Origin: Candidatus Saccharimonadota bacterium
GTDB lineage: Bacteria > Patescibacteriota > Microgenomatia > UBA1406 > GWC2-37-13
DNA: 32,000 nucleotides
Direction of reading: 5' to 3'
Assembly (NCBI GenBank): GCA_016699265.1
Contig: CP064967.1
Span: 840,001 to 872,000 of the forward strand
Shown here: in pieces, positions 1-8,108 of the stretch
How the letters are laid out: every line of letters starts with the position of its first letter
Numbering within the stretch: position 1 is the stretch's first letter
Notes under the pieces: model-generated
Database searches by the model: none
The model's input: the letters and a program-made list of their open reading frames with translations, nothing else
Told to the model about the DNA's origin: nothing
Translations under genes and position numbers: made by a program

Positions 1-1168
1 TCGAATCTGCATTGGAAAAATCATGCGAGGAGTACTAAAAAAAGGAATGAAGGTCTCACTTGTCGATGAGACCGGGATTCTTGGAACTTATAATGCAACT
101 AAACTTTTCACTAGTTTCGGACTTCAAAGACAGGAGGTCGAAGAGCTGAGGGCTGGAGACATTGCCGCACTGGCAGGAATTCCTGAGTTAACCATTGGTC
201 AAACCGTCACGGATCCCTCAACTCCGGAATGGTTACCTCCGATTAAGGTAGAAGAGCCAACCATCAAAATTAAGATTGGTCCCAACACGAGTCCCTTTGC
301 TGGACGGGAGGGAACATATGTTACAACTCGACAGATTAAGGATCGACTTCTTAAGGAACTTGAGACAAACCTCGGGCTTAAGTTTGAGCTTGACCCAGCT
401 TCCAGCTCATACATTATAAGTGGACGAGGAGAACTTCATCTTGCGGTTTTGATCGAAACAATGAAACGTGAAGGTTTTGAACTTCAGGTTTCAAAACCAC
501 AGGTTATTTTTAAGGAATTCGAAGGAAAAAAGTGTGAGCCCTATGAAGAGTTAACTGTTGATGTGCAAAAAGACTACATGGGAGCAGTGACAGATGAGAT
601 TGGTAAACGAAAAGGAAAGTTAATAAATATGCATACCGTTGGAGACACAAATATGCGTCTCATATATAAGATATCGAGTAGAAATCTTATTGGAGTAAGA
701 AGTAAGTTACTTACCGCAACACGTGGTACTGCAGTTTTGAATACATATCTTCTCGGTTATGAACCAATTGGAACATATATGGAAAATGTGCGAAATGGCG
801 CACTTATCTCAACTCAATCTGGAGAAACAATGGCCTATGGTCTTGGATTTGCTCAGGAACGTGGATCAATGTTCTACGGACCACAGGTAAAGGTCTACGA
901 GGGAATGGTAGTCGGACTTGCAAATCAAGACAAAGATATTGAGGTTAATGTCTGCAAAGCAAAGCAACTTTCAAATAATCGTTCTTCAGGAGAAGGAGTG
1001 AAGGTAATTCTTGAGCCCCCAATAGAGTTGAGTCTTGAGCAGTATCTTGACATTATTGGAGACGACGAACTTCTTGAGGTAACGCCAAAAGCACTAAGAC
1101 TTCGCAAGCAGTATCTCACCTTAACTCAACGTCGAGTAGAGAGTCGAAGAGCTTCCTCAAGCAAATAA
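1..1168 (+). CDS. typA: Translational GTPase TypA/BipA, C-terminal ~389 codons (5' end lies outside the window)
   Basis: The frame of ORF 23..1168 stays open to the left window edge. The translation has the EF-G-like beta-barrel and C-terminal domain layout of BipA, and it ends ...LEVTPKALRLRKQYLTLTQRR as BipA proteins do. Confidence 0.9.
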   Translation, partial: RICIGKIMRGVLKKGMKVSLVDETGILGTYNATKLFTSFGLQRQEVEELRAGDIAALAGIPELTIGQTVTDPSTPEWLPPIKVEEPTIKIKIGPNTSPFAGREGTYVTTRQIKDRLLKELETNLGLKFELDPASSSYIISGRGELHLAVLIETMKREGFELQVSKPQVIFKEFEGKKCEPYEELTVDVQKDYMGAVTDEIGKRKGKLINMHTVGDTNMRLIYKISSRNLIGVRSKLLTATRGTAVLNTYLLGYEPIGTYMENVRNGALISTQSGETMAYGLGFAQERGSMFYGPQVKVYEGMVVGLANQDKDIEVNVCKAKQLSNNRSSGEGVKVILEPPIELSLEQYLDIIGDDELLEVTPKALRLRKQYLTLTQRRVESRRASSSK

Positions 1169-1227
1169 TCTTGTTATTGTCAAAATCGCGGGATTTAACT
1201 CAAAATAGGCGTATACTTAGTTTACAG

Positions 1228-1425
1228 ATGTTATTTAAAGCTAAGGAAAAAACAAAAGCAAAAATTATCTGTCCTTTCTGTAAAAACGAAATCTTCTCCG
1301 CACATAAGACCGAAATTTTTTACCAGAGTAGCTGGATTAATGGATGCAATGACTGCTTCGCACTTTCCATCAGCTCAGTAACGGGTAAAGACTTTCAGTC
1401 GAAGGACTATCAACTCCATCAGTAA
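1228..1425 (+). CDS. Small hypothetical Cys-containing protein (possible zinc ribbon)
   Basis: ATG at 1228 inside ORF 1171..1425. The translation contains CPFC and CNDC pairs. No family recognised, and it could be non-coding. Confidence 0.25.
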   Translation: MLFKAKEKTKAKIICPFCKNEIFSAHKTEIFYQSSWINGCNDCFALSISSVTGKDFQSKDYQLHQ

Positions 1426-1435
1426 GGGTGATTTT

Positions 1436-2242
1436 TTACGAAAGAAGAACGCCTCCATCAACCACAACCTGAGTACCGGTCATATATGAGGACATGTCCG
1501 ATGCAAGAAACAACGCAACCTTGCCAATTTCATCTGGCTCTCCCATACGGTGCATTGGAATTTTTGCCATAAATGATTCCATCATTTTTGTCATATCCAC
1601 GCCCTGAGGTACAGGAGATGCTTGCTGCAACTTTTGAACACCTGGTGTTACTATTCCTCCAGGAGCTATTGCATTTACCCAGATCTTATGCACTGCTAAT
1701 TCGAGTGCGACGTTTTTTGTGAAACCCCATACTCCATGTTTCGACGCGTCGTAGTGCGCGAGCCCGATAGACGAAGGATGAAGTGCGTCGATAGATGTAA
1801 CGTTAATAATCTTCCCTCCTCTTCCTTGAGCAATCATCTGCTCAGATACATACTTAGTACAGAGAAATACTCCCTTAAGATTTACCGAAAGTACAGACTC
1901 AAAATCCTGAAGTGTCATCTTATGTACCGGAATAGATGGATAGATTCCAGCATTGTTTACCAGAATATCAACCGAACCAAAATCGGATACCGCCTCCTGA
2001 ACCATTCGCTTTACATCATCCTCTTTAGAAACATCCACGACAGAACCTTTTACCGTGAATCCTTTTTCGGTAAGAGCATCGACCGTTGCTTTAACCTGCT
2101 CTGCGGATCTACTGGCAATGAGGACTTTTGCTCCTGCCTCAGCGAGTCTGTACGAAATTCCGTAACCAATGCCAACTGCCCCGGTAACTATCGCTGTTTT
2201 ACCAGAAAGATTAAGAAGTTTATTATTAGTAGTTAATTCCAT
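1436..2242 (-). CDS. Short-chain dehydrogenase/reductase (SDR) family oxidoreductase
   Basis: 268 aa. Rossmann motif TGAVGIGYG, NNAG motif and catalytic YDASK (YxxxK). Confidence 0.9.
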   Translation of the reverse strand: MELTTNNKLLNLSGKTAIVTGAVGIGYGISYRLAEAGAKVLIASRSAEQVKATVDALTEKGFTVKGSVVDVSKEDDVKRMVQEAVSDFGSVDILVNNAGIYPSIPVHKMTLQDFESVLSVNLKGVFLCTKYVSEQMIAQGRGGKIINVTSIDALHPSSIGLAHYDASKHGVWGFTKNVALELAVHKIWVNAIAPGGIVTPGVQKLQQASPVPQGVDMTKMMESFMAKIPMHRMGEPDEIGKVALFLASDMSSYMTGTQVVVDGGVLLS

Positions 2243-2248
2243 ACAAAC

Positions 2249-2277
2249 AGTCTAAAAGATTTATTCATATAATTCAA
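2249..2277 (-). promoter_or_regulatory. Sigma70-like promoter TTGAAT-N17-TAGACT, ending 6 nt before the ATG at 2242
   Basis: Minus strand reads cTTGAATtatatgaataaatctttTAGACTgtttgtATG. No Shine-Dalgarno sequence lies between the -10 box and the ATG. Confidence 0.45.
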
Positions 2278-2284
2278 GCATCTC

Positions 2285-2584
2285 CTAAGAATCATTGATT
2301 GTTTGAGGTGTTGTTGTGATAGGCTTTGAGCTTGGTTTTCTTCTTATGAGAGGGAACAGATACATCATGATCCCGGTCAACATCATGATGCCAAGTGATA
2401 CTACAAAATAAATACTTGACTCATTATGTAGATACCTCATTAACCCTAAATCTAAAAATCTCCAGTCTCTAAAAAATGAGTACTTAAGCATAATTCCTGT
2501 TACGCTCATAAAAATGAGCATATATGAAGTTAGATATAAAAATATACGATGAATTGTTTTAGAAAGTAAATATAGTTTAGTCAT
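2285..2584 (-). CDS. Small polytopic membrane protein (about 3 TM helices, conserved His residues), function unknown
   Basis: ATG at 2584 (MTKLYLL...) overlaps the cytochrome b5 stop codon by 8 nt. Hydrophobic helices contain His (TIHRIF, RYLHNE). The longer ORF start at 2611 is less likely. Confidence 0.5.
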   Translation of the reverse strand: MTKLYLLSKTIHRIFLYLTSYMLIFMSVTGIMLKYSFFRDWRFLDLGLMRYLHNESSIYFVVSLGIMMLTGIMMYLFPLIRRKPSSKPITTTPQTINDS

Positions 2585-3095
2585 CTTCGTCACTCCTTCC
2601 GCTTCCTCCACTTCTCACCGGAGCTTTCTGTACCGGGCTTACTACTGTAGTTTTCTGCTGTTGCGTGGCCGCACCATTCAACTCTCCTATATAGTAGGAG
2701 CCCAGAATGTCGTACGCATTCTGCGAATGACTTCCTCGCCCACCCATTGTGGTGAACGCTTGAGTTGCTTCTTGACCACAGTAAGGAATTATTCTATCAG
2801 CCCCTCCTGGATGTTGATTAAGATAGGAGCTGGCTGAGTACACTTTGTTCTGGACAATGATCCAGCAGTCAGTAGCATTGTTATGCTTTGCAACGAGATC
2901 GGATGTGAGCCGTTGAGTTGCTTGCGTTGGTCTACCTGACACAGTTGGAGTCTGATTAGCGATAGAAGGTGCGGTAGGAACAAGTAAACCTACTTTTCTA
3001 TTTTGATATTGAATAGTATGAACAACTATAAATACCGTAAATAAAATAGCACTTAAAATACCAAGGATGAGTTCTCTTCTAAAGCTTGCTCCCAT
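2577..3095 (-). CDS. Membrane-anchored cytochrome b5-like heme-binding domain protein
   Basis: Start at ATG 3095 (MGASFRRELILGILSAILFTVFIVV, a single N-terminal TM helix). The C-terminal domain carries the classical b5 HPGG motif (YLNQHPGGADRI) and a second His (GSHSQNAYD). Confidence 0.8.
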   Translation of the reverse strand: MGASFRRELILGILSAILFTVFIVVHTIQYQNRKVGLLVPTAPSIANQTPTVSGRPTQATQRLTSDLVAKHNNATDCWIIVQNKVYSASSYLNQHPGGADRIIPYCGQEATQAFTTMGGRGSHSQNAYDILGSYYIGELNGAATQQQKTTVVSPVQKAPVRSGGSGRSDEDD

Positions 3096-3115
3096 GAAGT
3101 AATTATACCTCCATA

Positions 3116-3841
3116 TTATTTTATATCCCGCATCCAATCATGTGCTAAGATTTCCTCCTCACCTGACTCAATAATCTCAAGAATTTTTTCAGCCACCAAC
3201 ACTGGAGGATCTCCTTCGGGTAGTACATCATCCATATCTTGATGCGACTCGGTACGTGGGCCGCTCATTACATTTTTTCCAAAGTATGTGTTGGTTATAT
3301 ATGGATAAACGATGCTTACCTTAATTCCATCCTTCTCCAGCTCTACACGTGCCGTACTTGAAAGACCGTTAAGCGCTTTCTTCAGTGAAGAGTAAGCGGC
3401 AAGATTGGGAATGTTCATTAAAGAAGTTCCGGAACTCACATTTACAATTGCTCCTTCTCCGTTTTTCCTCATGTGGGGGATTGCCTCCTGCATCAAGACT
3501 AATGGTCCTAGTACATTTATTTGAAAAAGTTCTGTGTATAACTTGGGGTCGATCTTTTCAACCTCGATGTCGTAACCCAGCCCCGCATTGTTAACTACGA
3601 TATCTAAACGCCCGTAATGTTCTATCGTTAGTTTCACCAAATTTTTAAGCGCATCTATGTTTTTTACATCCGTCGGGACAGTGTAGGAGTCCTTTAGTGT
3701 TCCCGAAAGAGCCTCGAGCTTGTCTTTTGAACGCGCGGCAAGAACAACCTTCGCACCATGTTCAGTAAGAATCTTAGCGGTTGCTTCGCCGATGCCGGAG
3801 GATGCACCTGTAACGATGGCTACTTTATCTTGCACTATCAT
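3116..3841 (-). CDS. Short-chain dehydrogenase/reductase (SDR) family oxidoreductase
   Basis: 241 aa. TGASSGIGEA, NNAG and YSSLK (YxxxK) motifs. Confidence 0.9.
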   Translation of the reverse strand: MIVQDKVAIVTGASSGIGEATAKILTEHGAKVVLAARSKDKLEALSGTLKDSYTVPTDVKNIDALKNLVKLTIEHYGRLDIVVNNAGLGYDIEVEKIDPKLYTELFQINVLGPLVLMQEAIPHMRKNGEGAIVNVSSGTSLMNIPNLAAYSSLKKALNGLSSTARVELEKDGIKVSIVYPYITNTYFGKNVMSGPRTESHQDMDDVLPEGDPPVLVAEKILEIIESGEEEILAHDWMRDIK

Positions 3842-3847
3842 GAAGTC

Positions 3848-3856
3848 AGTATAACA
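3848..3856 (-). promoter_or_regulatory. Extended -10 element TGtTATACT, ending 6 nt before the ATG at 3841
   Basis: Minus strand reads cttTTGtTATACTgacttcATG. No Shine-Dalgarno sequence. Confidence 0.35.
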
Positions 3857-3902
3857 AAAGTTACAATGTACCTCACATTACTATCGTCCGAATGATGTTA
3901 TG

Positions 3903-4151
3903 TCAACCGCTGACTATAAGTTTTTCTTTCTGCAATTTGGTCCATTTCTTGACCCCGGCCTCTCGTTTAAGTGCGGAGCTTTTACTTATATGCTTTTCTG
4001 AGTAGACCAGAGTTACCGGTTTTTTTGCTCGAGTATATTTCGCACCTCTTGTGCCTATCGAGTTATGCTCCTTAAGACGCTTGTCTAAGTTGTTAGTAAT
4101 GCCCGAATAAAGAGAGTTATCAGAGCATCGAAGAATATAAAAGTAATACAT
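3903..4151 (-). CDS. Stand-alone GIY-YIG nuclease-domain protein (82 aa)
   Basis: N-terminus MYYFYILRCSDNSLYSGITNNLDKRLKEHN matches the GIY..YIG..R..H/E pattern of the small UPF0213/YhbQ-like GIY-YIG proteins. Confidence 0.85.
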   Translation of the reverse strand: MYYFYILRCSDNSLYSGITNNLDKRLKEHNSIGTRGAKYTRAKKPVTLVYSEKHISKSSALKREAGVKKWTKLQKEKLIVSG

Positions 4152-4197
4152 GTTAAAGACTCATAGACAATGAGGTTATTCTAGCAGTTTTTAAGGA

Positions 4198-4785
4198 TTA
4201 CTCTTCTTTTGATGGAGACTCGGTAGAGTTATTTGGATCAACTTCATGAGTTTCAAGAATGTCTGATACGTCTAGATTTGATTCTGCGACTACAGGAACA
4301 GCTTCAGTCTTAGGAGCTTTTACTTCCATGGGTTTTTTTGACTTTACGGACTTTATAGACTCTTCGACTGGTCTAGGTGCTTTTCCTTTTGGTGCACCAT
4401 TAAGCAAAGCTAGAACTTGATCAAGTTTCGCACTAATTACATCTAGTTGCTTGTTGTTAGCCTGTGAGCTTCCACCTTCTCGTGGTGCAAAATCATGTCT
4501 TGGTGCGCGATCTCCACGATCACTAAATCGTCGTGGCTCTGAGTCACGGTTTTTTGCAAAACAATCGCTACACAAAACAGGCTTACTTCCTGTTGGCTTG
4601 AATGGCACTTCGCAGTCTTTTCCGCAGTTACTACATACGGCATGATGCATCTCTCGATCTCCTCGATTACTAAAGTCTCGTGAACCTCCGCCAAATGAAC
4701 GTCCGCCGCCAGATCGTGATCCTCCAAATGATCTACCGCCTCCGCCGCCTCTATTTCCTCTGTCAAAGTTTCCCATTGAGTTCAT
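4198..4785 (-). CDS. CxxC-x17-CxxC domain protein with N-terminal RGG/Gly-Arg-rich region
   Basis: CSNCGKDCEVPFKPTGSKPVLCSDC gives exactly CxxC-x17-CxxC. It is preceded by GGGGRSFGGSRSGGGRSFGGGSR repeats. The start may be ATG 4785 or ATG 4776. Confidence 0.8.
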   Translation of the reverse strand: MNSMGNFDRGNRGGGGGRSFGGSRSGGGRSFGGGSRDFSNRGDREMHHAVCSNCGKDCEVPFKPTGSKPVLCSDCFAKNRDSEPRRFSDRGDRAPRHDFAPREGGSSQANNKQLDVISAKLDQVLALLNGAPKGKAPRPVEESIKSVKSKKPMEVKAPKTEAVPVVAESNLDVSDILETHEVDPNNSTESPSKEE

Positions 4786-4824
4786 TATAGCATGTTAATT
4801 GAATAATCCCGAGCAGATGACCTA

Positions 4825-4838
4825 TTTTGATATATACT
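4825..4838 (+). promoter_or_regulatory. Extended -10-like element TTTTGATATATACT, ending 6 nt before the ATG at 4845
   Basis: Plus strand reads cctaTTTTGATATATACTattggtATG. It shares the TTTGATATA core with the motif at 18440, 20641 and 24797. Confidence 0.35.
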
Positions 4839-4844
4839 ATTGGT

Positions 4845-5174
4845 ATGAAATTTGGAATACGACTTCTCTACCTTTACCTATTCGCATTCGTTGGTCTTAT
4901 GACCACTATTATTGGAAGCGTTCAACTCGTCGATCTTGGACTCAAGAGCTATGTCTTTAAAGTCTCGGAGTATTCCTACTATCCAGAAACACCTGCAGTC
5001 GATGGAAAACCCGTATTGTCACTTGAGGAGGTTAAAAAGAGAAATGAAAAAGAACAGACAGATCAACGAAAGAGACAGCTCTCGACATCGCTTGCCATGA
5101 TCGCCGTAGGTGCTCCAGTCTATCTTTACCACTGGAAGACGATAAAGAAGGAAAGCAAAAAGAAATCCAGATAA
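4845..5174 (+). CDS. Hypothetical two-TM membrane protein
   Basis: ATG 4845 (MKFGIRLLYLYLFAFVGLMTTIIG...) with a second hydrophobic helix near the C-terminus. The ORF-track start at 4827 is a TTG that lies inside the putative promoter. Confidence 0.6.
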   Translation: MKFGIRLLYLYLFAFVGLMTTIIGSVQLVDLGLKSYVFKVSEYSYYPETPAVDGKPVLSLEEVKKRNEKEQTDQRKRQLSTSLAMIAVGAPVYLYHWKTIKKESKKKSR

Positions 5175-5226
5175 CTTACGGTTGATAGGTCTGTTGGTAT
5201 TTTTCAACAGAGTATACTTAGGCTAC

Positions 5227-5808
5227 ATGGCTAGAATTTTCTCTCATGCAAATGACACGAAAACGTTGAAGAATAAAGATTTTGTCAGTGAAGGAAATTA
5301 TCAGAAGAACTTCGATAATCAAGCAGAAGAACAACTTATACAGGAAAGCGGAAGAGAAGATGCTGTCAAAAGCCAATCTAAAAAAAAGGAGACTGATGAG
5401 CATAAGCTTGATGATATGCTTGCTCAATCTAACCGTATAATCGCAAGCGCCTCATCAATGTTTCCATGGGATTTTTTTCCAAGCACCATTAATGTTGAGG
5501 AGACGCGTGTAACCATTATCCACCGCCAATTATTATCCTCCCAAGTTCATAGCGTCGATATAAAAAGTATATCTAATGTATTTATTAACACCGATCTATT
5601 CTTTGCATCGATTACGATTGTTTCCTCTACCTTCAAAGAAAATAGCATTAAGATTATGAAGTTAAGAAAACATCAGGCAATTCTCACGCGTAGAATAATC
5701 GAGGGGATGCGAATGTTTGTTGAAAAAGATATAAACACTTCAAAATACTCAGTTCAAGAGTTGATCGGTCAACTCAAAGAACTAAGTAAAACAAAAACAA
5801 TATTCTAA
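5227..5808 (+). CDS. Hypothetical protein, possibly with a bacterial PH-like C-terminal domain
   Basis: ATG 5227 is preceded by TATACT-N8. The N-terminal half is charged and low-complexity. The C-terminal half (ETRVTIIHRQLLSSQVHSVDIKSISNVFINTDLFFASITIV) resembles bPH-type domains, but this is a weak call. Confidence 0.5.
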   Translation: MARIFSHANDTKTLKNKDFVSEGNYQKNFDNQAEEQLIQESGREDAVKSQSKKKETDEHKLDDMLAQSNRIIASASSMFPWDFFPSTINVEETRVTIIHRQLLSSQVHSVDIKSISNVFINTDLFFASITIVSSTFKENSIKIMKLRKHQAILTRRIIEGMRMFVEKDINTSKYSVQELIGQLKELSKTKTIF

Positions 5809-5853
5809 ATGGAAATACTATTGGTACGCATTAGTCTATCTTCGTATAAGGAG

Positions 5854-6166
5854 TCAATGCTGGAGACCTGACACTGCCCCTATCTCAAGGAACATATATG
5901 GAAACCGTTCAAGAGGCTTCAGACTTGGGGAAGAGACTGGTTCTGTTCCAGTGACACCTGTGAGATAGAAGTGAACTCGATGAAATGCCTGCGGTTGTTG
6001 TGTTGTGCTGATTGGCAACTTGGAATTAAGTTCCTGCTGTGGAATCAGGCCTATGAAAAGTGTTGAGTACCGAACATCTTTTGCACTGTTACCGATCTCG
6101 CTCGCTACTCTTTGGGTCTCGAGTTCTGTCAGAGCAAGCTTTTACCAATCTGCTTTGAGAAATTTC
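5854..6166 (-). pseudogene. Out-of-frame relic of the ~100-codon C-terminal tail of surface paralogue A
   Basis: About 98% nucleotide identity to the in-frame tail of paralogue B (8109..8420). Two 1-nt contractions, T4 at 6140-6143 versus T5 in B and T6 at 6177-6182 versus T7 in B, put it out of frame with 6167..8059. Confidence 0.6.
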
Positions 6167-6263
6167 CTATCTCATCTTTTTTACAGTCCAACCTAATTTT
6201 GGTTTATTAAAAGTAACTGGTTGGTATTCGTAGTAAATATATGGACGAGAAACGCCGTTCACC
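5873..6263. repeat. Direct repeat block 1, copy A (C-terminal codons plus tail)
   Basis: Aligns with 8122..8513, with only about 5 substitutions and two 1-nt indels over roughly 390 nt. Confidence 0.9.
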
Positions 6264-8059
6264 AAGAGTCTATTACTAGAGTTAACAGAGACATCCCAGT
6301 TATCGTTCTTGATAAACGGATCGGCATATGTAAGTGAGAAGTTTGGACTTATGGATATAGACCTTGTGGTAGAGGAATATATGAAAAGGGTTGGAGAAGG
6401 TCCAGTAACGCGGATTGGACAACCAGCCGGTAAACCACCATCAAACAGCGTTCCAATGTCGGGCCTTATGTTTATGTCTAACTGTGGACGGTCACCCGCC
6501 TTAACATTAGAGTAATCTATGCCTGTTTCCAATATGTTTGTAAGTTGAGTTATGTCGGTTGTTTTAGGGATAACATACAAATCTAGATCCTCAGTATTTA
6601 CAAAATACTGATTTCCATTTGCGTCGGTCTGCATCGTCTGATTGCTGACGTCTATACCGCCAGTACATGGCGATTGATTTGCTGGTACATCAGGTGCGAG
6701 CGTTGCAGCTGTAGGTCCAACCTGTGGCGGGGTAGCTACCGGAGGCTGAGTTGGTAGCGGTGTTGGGGGTGGTGGTGTTGGCGTTGGCGTAAAGGTGCCT
6801 AGGTTAATTCCTGGATTTTCATCTTCAGATTGAGCTAATAATCGTGAGGTAGAAGCTCCGAGCACCTCTTGTTTTGTAGCAGAGACCGCAGCAAGAACCT
6901 TCACTCTGTATCCTGAGGCTAGAACACCGCTACCTCTAAATACATAGTAAGGAATGAGTTTTGTCTGGACTGTGCCTGGCATCTCCTCTAAGTAAGTCAA
7001 AATGCTCTCCGTCACCTCCACCTGTGAAAGCTTGGCGGTGTCTTTGGGATACAACTTCGCATAGTCAACAGCACCCTCTCCTGCAGGGATCGTATAGATC
7101 TTATCGTATCGATTCGCCTTCAAACGCGTGACTGCCTCGTCATAGGAAATTGTAGGTATTTGTTCGACTGCTTTTATGCGTCGAGCGTTAGATGCTACAG
7201 AAATTACCTTACCCTCCTTTACTCCGACTGTAACCGTGCTGAAATCATTAGGTCGTCGTAGGCCATCTGTTTTGTCCGAAGTATTAATTACTCTTTTGTC
7301 CTTAACATTGCCCACCGCTACTCCAATTTTAAGTTTGGAAAAAGGAATGGCCTCTTGAGTATTGAAGAGACCAAAGAAACTTAGAATTGGAAGGCTTACT
7401 GAATCCCAACTTCTATGTAGTTCGTAATAATGGATTCCTGGAGTACTTGTCTTATCGTACTCATTTGTAATGACTAGGGTATTTTCATGAAACATATTGT
7501 GCACAAAAGTTTCAACACTACTTTTGACTGTTTGGGGCTTAACTTGTTGTGGTAAAGCCACGCCATCTGAGGATATATAGACAAATGCACCACTTGGCTT
7601 TTGAAGATACAGCATATCTGTTGAGGTTTTAGCGCTGAATCTACCCGCGTTCTCATCTATCTTCGGTTCTTTAATCAGTCCTGCCAAGATATTTTTGAAA
7701 TCAGAGAGTGAATAATTTTCTAGGAATGAAAATGTTCGTAGAGATCTTGGAACAGTCACTGCTGGAGCAGAGATCTTCCATGTCCCAACAGTTACTTGAG
7801 GAAGAGGGTGGGCCATTTTTTTGGCTGGAGTGTCTTGCTTATTCCCTCCTGTCGTCTGTGTTTGTGATTGTTTTGTAGATGAAGATTGTTCTTCTACCTT
7901 AGCCTGCTTTGGCATAAAAAAAGATAAAGCCACTGCAATGACTAGGAGTACGACACATAAGGCTCCTGCGATTATGAGCAATTTATTCTTAGAAATTTTC
8001 TCTTCCTGTTTGGAAAGGTTGTAGATGGAGTTACTTGGTGGTAAAGAATTTTCAGTCAT
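6167..8059 (-). CDS. Membrane-anchored surface protein, paralogue A (630 aa as assembled)
   Basis: Short N-terminal segment, one TM helix (LLIIAGALCVVLLVIAVALSFF), a large external body, a Pro/Thr linker TPTPTPPPPTPLPTQPP and a Cys-containing C-terminal domain. No family recognised. Confidence 0.85.
   Translation of the reverse strand: MTENSLPPSNSIYNLSKQEEKISKNKLLIIAGALCVVLLVIAVALSFFMPKQAKVEEQSSSTKQSQTQTTGGNKQDTPAKKMAHPLPQVTVGTWKISAPAVTVPRSLRTFSFLENYSLSDFKNILAGLIKEPKIDENAGRFSAKTSTDMLYLQKPSGAFVYISSDGVALPQQVKPQTVKSSVETFVHNMFHENTLVITNEYDKTSTPGIHYYELHRSWDSVSLPILSFFGLFNTQEAIPFSKLKIGVAVGNVKDKRVINTSDKTDGLRRPNDFSTVTVGVKEGKVISVASNARRIKAVEQIPTISYDEAVTRLKANRYDKIYTIPAGEGAVDYAKLYPKDTAKLSQVEVTESILTYLEEMPGTVQTKLIPYYVFRGSGVLASGYRVKVLAAVSATKQEVLGASTSRLLAQSEDENPGINLGTFTPTPTPPPPTPLPTQPPVATPPQVGPTAATLAPDVPANQSPCTGGIDVSNQTMQTDANGNQYFVNTEDLDLYVIPKTTDITQLTNILETGIDYSNVKAGDRPQLDINIRPDIGTLFDGGLPAGCPIRVTGPSPTLFIYSSTTRSISISPNFSLTYADPFIKNDNWDVSVNSSNRLLVNGVSRPYIYYEYQPVTFNKPKLGWTVKKMR
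6736..7375. repeat. Direct repeat block 2, copy A (central domain plus Pro/Thr linker)
   Basis: Aligns with 8963..9602 at an offset of 2227 nt. By eye, identity is about 98% over the first ~250 nt and falls to about 90% further on. Confidence 0.85.
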
Positions 8060-8076
8060 GGAAATACTATTAGCAC

Positions 8077-8106
8077 ATAATAGTCTATTTTTAGATATGG
8101 AGTCAA
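8077..8106 (-). promoter_or_regulatory. Sigma70-like promoter TTGACT-N18-TATTAT upstream of paralogue A
   Basis: Minus strand reads TTGACTccatatctaaaaatagacTATTATgtgctaatagtatttccATG. It starts just after the stop codon of paralogue B. Confidence 0.45.
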
Positions 8107-8108
8107 AT

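Noticed and set aside
1736-2236. Long antisense or alternative-frame ORFs inside well-supported genes (for example 1736..2236, 11140..11853, 14015..14299, 19635..20003, 20869..21234, 22786..23208, 29458..30680)
   Set aside because: Each lies entirely within a gene that has strong family motifs on the other strand or frame. Their translations are low-complexity or Ser/Leu/Arg-rich, as expected for shadow ORFs.
3842-4197. Terminal inverted repeats or target duplications around the first GIY-YIG gene (3903..4151), by analogy with the element at 27076..27440
   Set aside because: I found no inverted or direct repeats in its flanks and no similarity to the 21-bp TIR. I therefore treat it as an ordinary resident gene.
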